Source: Octopus vulgaris | Taxonomy: Eukaryota | Reading direction: 5' to 3' | DNA length: 64,000 nucleotides | Assembly: GCA_951406725.2 (NCBI GenBank) | Contig: OX597816.1 | Coordinates: forward strand, 174,902,001-174,966,000 | Shown: positions 59,250 to 64,000 of the stretch, one piece after another | Position numbering within the stretch: position 1 is the stretch's first letter | Layout: the number at the start of each line of letters is the position of its first letter | Program-made: the position numbers and the translations under genes | Notes under the pieces: model-generated | The model's database searches: none | What the model was told of the DNA's origin: nothing | The model's input: only the letters and a program-made list of their open reading frames with translations

Positions 59250-61091
59250 CTGAAAAAGACAATAGATTTTTCTTACTACATTTTTATTGTTAATTGTGCT
59301 TGTAGCAGCAGCATTGTCGTTGTCATCATTATCACCGTCATCGTCATCATCATAAATTTTTCCTTTATTGTTGTCACCATCTTTCTTTTTTTTTTGCTTT
59401 TCTTCATCTCACTTCTCCCTATGCATCAAGTAAGTTTTTGCAATGTATTTGATGATGACCAGAGAACTGTTATGAGTGTGGGTTACATTTTGAGGTTACT
59501 GTAAGTTAAGGGTTCATATTAACATCAATATTCATCAACATTATTACAAAATCACTCTCAGATGAAGGGAAAAGCTCAGAATGCTATACTTACTTTTTGA
59601 TGCAACTGAACATATCAAACTCAGTTATAGACTAACTGCTGTTGTCTACAATTTCTCCAGACCCCAGACTTTACCGTTTTATAGGAATAGTGGATTTACC
59701 ATTACTTGCCACTGAACTGTACTTAATATGATAGAAAATAATGCAATGGTATTTCAGTTTCTCTTTTTATTCATCAACTTTATTATTTTGCTTCTCTGTG
59801 CTGGTATGCATTGACTGGACCCTAGCATTGATCAGATCTTTAATCATAGCTGTCTGGTGCCAAACCAACTGCAAGACATATCTAACTGCAATAATTCTAA
59901 CCAGTTTCTACCATCCCTACTTATTACATACATATCTATACAATGATAATTGTCTTTAGACACCAACTAATGATTCTATTCAGTTGCTTTCTCTCTATGA
60001 GCACAGATAAGCTGGGGAAAAAATGAATATAAAAGGAATCAGATGATGTTGGTGCCATAATCAAATGTGCTAAGTACATACTATAAAGTAGCTGGCAGCA
60101 TAGCGTAGAGGAGTCCTCAGTCTTGTTGAGGAAAAGGTATCCTACCAATCAGAGGTCCCACAAAATACATCAAGTATATTCTGTAAAATGGCTCTCATGT
60201 TAAGAAGGACATCCAGCAGTAGAAACTATGCTGCAAATGGAATTTATGGACAAGGTGTGGCCCAACTCATCTAATATCATCATCATCATCATCGTTTAAA
60301 GTCTGCCTTCCATGCTGGCATGGGTGGAATGACAGAAGCCTGCCCCAGACTGCTGTAACTGTTTTGGCAGGATTTTTACAGCTGGATGCCCTTCCTAACA
60401 CCAACCACTCAGCAGAGTGGGCTTAGTGCTTTTTACATGGCACAAACACAGACAAAGTCAGTTTTGGCAAAGTTTTTACAGCTGGATGCCCTTCAAAATG
60501 GCAACCACTTTACAGTGTGGACTGAGTGCTTTTGAGTGGCACCTGCACTGACAGGGTCACCAAGTACTTGCAAGACAAAAAAAAAAACTCTTTTGAGAGG
60601 GGAGGGAGCATTGGAGGAGGTGTTCTTGTGTTCCCAGACCTCGATTGAAGCATCCAACCCATGCTAGCATGGAAAACTAACGTTAATCGATAATGATGAT
60701 ATATAAATAACACAAAGTAAGTTAGAGGTTATGGGTGAAAACCACTAAGGGATAGTATTTATCCAATATACTGTTGGTAAAGTACCCAAATTCTTAATAC
60801 ATAAATGTTTTTAATTGCAATGCAATTAACTTATTTATTGTATTAAACAGGTGAAGGTAAAGAAATATTTTACCATTAATTTATAATACAAATAAGAAAA
60901 TGGAGAGACAATTTAGTTGGTTCATCAACTTTCGGATATTAGAAGGTTGGATTATTTATTCATTTAACAAAATGAGAACTATTAAAGTTCTCATTCATTT
61001 TGTTAAATAAATAATTCAACATTCTAATATCCGAAAGTTGATGAACCAACTAAATTGTTTCTCCATTTTCTTATTTGTATTATATATATAT

Positions 61092-61308
61092 ACTCTCTTT
61101 TACTCTTTTACTTGTTTCAGTTATTTGACTGCAGCCATGCTGGAGCACCGCCTTTAGTCGAAGAAATCAACCCCGGGACTTATTCTTTGTAAGCCTAGTA
61201 CTTATTCTATCGGTCTCTTTTGCCGAACCGCTAAGTTACGGGGATGTGAGCACACCTGCATCGGTTGTCAAGAGATGTTTGGGGACAAACACAGACACAC
61301 AAACATAT

Positions 61309-61364
<56 letters not shown>

Positions 61365-61499
61365 GTACAACGGGCTTCTTTCAGTTTCTGTCTACCAAAT
61401 CCACTCACAAGGCTTTGGTTGGCCCGAGGTTATAGTAGAAGACACTTGCCCAAGGTGCCACACAGTGGGACTGAACCCGGAACCATGTGGTTGGTAAGC
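61092..61499 (-). mobile_element. SINE family A
   Basis: Consensus match. Confidence 0.85.
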
Positions 61500-61576
61500 A
61501 ATATATATATATTGTTCAAAGGATGAGGTATATATATATATATATATAAATTAAAACAGTTTAGGAGATCGAAAAT

Positions 61577-61619
61577 CCACCTGACGAATGTCATTGAAGA
61601 CATGAAACGATTGTAGTGG
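61577..61619 (+). ncRNA. Minimal type I hammerhead ribozyme
   Basis: CCAC-CTGACGA-ATGTC-attgaa-GACAT-GAAA-C-GATT-G-TA^GTGG; complete core; lies in an insert flanked by (TA)n. Confidence 0.82.
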
Positions 61620-61792
61620 CGGTTTATTTCTTTATATTAAAAATTTTTATGTATTGATTAAGTCTTTCCTTGTTTGTTTTGCAAAATAGTGGTTTTGTCT
61701 CAAATTAATATTATATAATATTTTACTATGAAATTGGATTTAATCCTAAATCTGATTTTTTCCCTGTAAATTTGGATTTATTCCCTAATATT

Positions 61793-61852
<60 letters not shown>

Positions 61853-62354
61853 TATATAATTCATTGATTAGAGAAGAAACATCAAATTTAGGCCAATGAC
61901 TTTACATAACTCCATGCTCCTATACATTTCATTATATACAAATAATACCATGGCCTTCAACATATAAAAGAAATACATATATAAGCACAGAAGTTTAAAA
62001 ATATATATGCGCATATAAAAATAAAAAATATATAGAAGTACCTGTCAAGAAAAAGTATATATAAATCGACTAAAGTAGTTGATCAAAATGAATTACTAAA
62101 ACATATCAACTGACTAAAAAGTTTTTACTTCTTGATTAAAAATATATCAAAATAGTTTGTTTTTAAAAATGAAGCGATCCATGGTAGGTCCATGGTAGCT
62201 TTTTTCCTTCAAAGTACTTGATATAGTTACTTGCTGCTGCCACCCTTCCAAGTCTATTGCTTTGCTCCAAAGGCCATGTCAAGTACACTGTTCTACCACC
62301 ATGCCACCCTAGGTCTTGTTGGGACTTTACATCAGCCACAAATTTGGTCTGTAT

Positions 62355-62385
<31 letters not shown>

Positions 62386-62426
62386 AGTATAGGGGAGGGC
62401 AAAATATAAAATTCATGTTAACTTAC

Positions 62427-62534
62427 TGATAAATTAAAAAGTTCTTTCCCAGTTTGTACATCCCACAGCTTTGCATCTGTATCCATACTGCCAGTTGCAA
62501 CTATAGTGCTTTGGGGGTTAAAACTCAAACATAC
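62427..62534 (-). CDS. DAW1: DAW1/WDR69 internal exon ([36 protein letters not shown]); upstream exons lie outside the window
   Basis: 108 nt, ccag| acceptor and |gtaagt donor. WD40 repeat closely matching human DAW1 as I recall it ([25 protein letters not shown]). Confidence 0.93.
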
Positions 62535-62583
62535 CTGGCAAAAGGTAAAAAAAAAATGTAACACAAATTAGTATGATTATTCA

Positions 62584-62834
62584 CATATTTATTCTTAATG
62601 TGCCTAGGCAGGTTCAGATGCAAAATATGCTGGTTGCAGTGGTGTATGTCATAGGAGAATAACTTCTTTTTTTTACAATGATGGTGTGTTCAACAGATTT
62701 GGCTCATTGGCACACAGGATTCTGGAGGGGACACTAGTGTTTCAATATGTTGTGTCTTATCAGCTGGAGAGACACTGCAGCAATCAGCATATTTTTGAGC
62801 CTGAACTTGCCTAGATGTATTAAGAATAAATATG
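62584..62834. repeat. MITE-like inverted repeat (about 58-bp arms)
   Basis: catatttattcttaat...ctaggcaggttcag...aaaatatgctg vs cagcatattttt...ctgaacttgcctag...attaagaataaatatg. Confidence 0.7.
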
Positions 62835-64000
62835 CAAATAATTTATCCAGGTCTTGCTGGAACATGGTATAAATAATGATTTGTTAATGAATCAGTGTAT
62901 AAATATCTTTTTAAAACAGTGTCTGGACTTGAATTTATAGAAAATGAAACTAATACCATAATAGGGGATCTCACATCTGCTTCAATGAACAAGAAATGCA
63001 GTTGTTTGATAAACTACTTATTTATTGAATTTTTGTATAATTAAGTAAGTGGTCGAGTGTTCCATAAAATTTGTACACTTAATGTTGTAATGCACAGACA
63101 GAATCATATATATGTGCATATACTGTATTTATTTTGAGATGCTCTGTGTTTCTTTCAACTACTTTAACTATAACAGACAATTTAGTAAAATAACTTAGTT
63201 ATCATTAAGCTAGTGTTAGGGACATAAATTGTGACTAAGGTTTGGTGGAAGATTTTAATTCAAAACTTATGAAAACAAGACATTTGTCACTCAGAACCAG
63301 AGCCGGTTTCAGCCTGGTTGGTAACGAAAGGGTTAACATTGTGTGTGACAAGGATTGCACTCAAATCATGGATAAAGTATATTCAACAGGTTTCCACACA
63401 GTTTTCATTGATCCAAAAATGTATGTTAGTCTACTTTAATAATACAAAATAGTGATATAATAATGATTTCAAGTTTTGGCACAAGGCCAACAATTTTGAG
63501 GATGGGGGTAAATTGATTACACCAATCCTAGTGCTAAACTGGTATTTATTTTATTGACTCCAAAAGGATGAAAGGCAAAGTCAACCTTGGTGGAACTTGA
63601 ACTTAGAACATAAAGACATATGAAATGCCACTAAGCATTTTGCCATACTGTACCAACTTAATTCCTTCAGTGAAATTGCTGGCCTTGAGCCAAAATTTGA
63701 AACCAATATCATACAGTAATATAATATTCAACTGGCAATAAGAAAGCTTTCTATTTATCATATGACTATGTGCGCACACACACACACATAGATATACATA
63801 TACACAATACTTCATTTTTTTTTACTATTAAGTTCATCTTTTATGGATTTTTCTCCACCACTATTCTGATTGTTTATCGGTCTTAATTGTAGATTGTAGT
63901 TGTAATTGTAGCAGTGTGTCTTAAAGGCAGTAGAGCAATAGAAATTATGCCTCAATAGATTAAATGTTTGGCAGTGCTTACTTTCATGCCTCAACAATTT

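Overview
AT-rich, microsatellite-dense eukaryotic DNA; the SINE, RTE and Penelope repertoire suggests an octopod cephalopod (inference). The only host gene is the 3' part of DAW1/WDR69/ODA16 on the minus strand. Six exons (62427-62534, 59143-59249, 51310-51431, 22801-22973, 16835-16997, 2140-2174) splice in frame with GT-AG junctions to the C-terminus ...GSKDNSCRIWR*. The introns are almost entirely transposons, often nested: hAT MITE > pogo-like transposon > intact Gypsy element; CR1/L2-group LINE containing a CsRn1 LTR element and a SINE; Sola2-like transposon containing mariner, RTE, SINE and Penelope pieces; Naiad-type Penelope containing a mariner; and a mariner containing a 28S rRNA fragment. 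The best candidate for a new system is an intact, GC-rich, 4.25-kb Gypsy-type element. Its primer-binding site is complementary to the first 12 nt (5' end) of tRNA-Phe rather than to a tRNA 3' end, and it has a canonical -1 frameshift signal. Also notable are minimal hammerhead ribozymes in Penelope remnants, a PHD finger inside an RTE reverse transcriptase, and a 288-bp near-perfect palindrome. All family assignments come from motif recognition; no database search was run.
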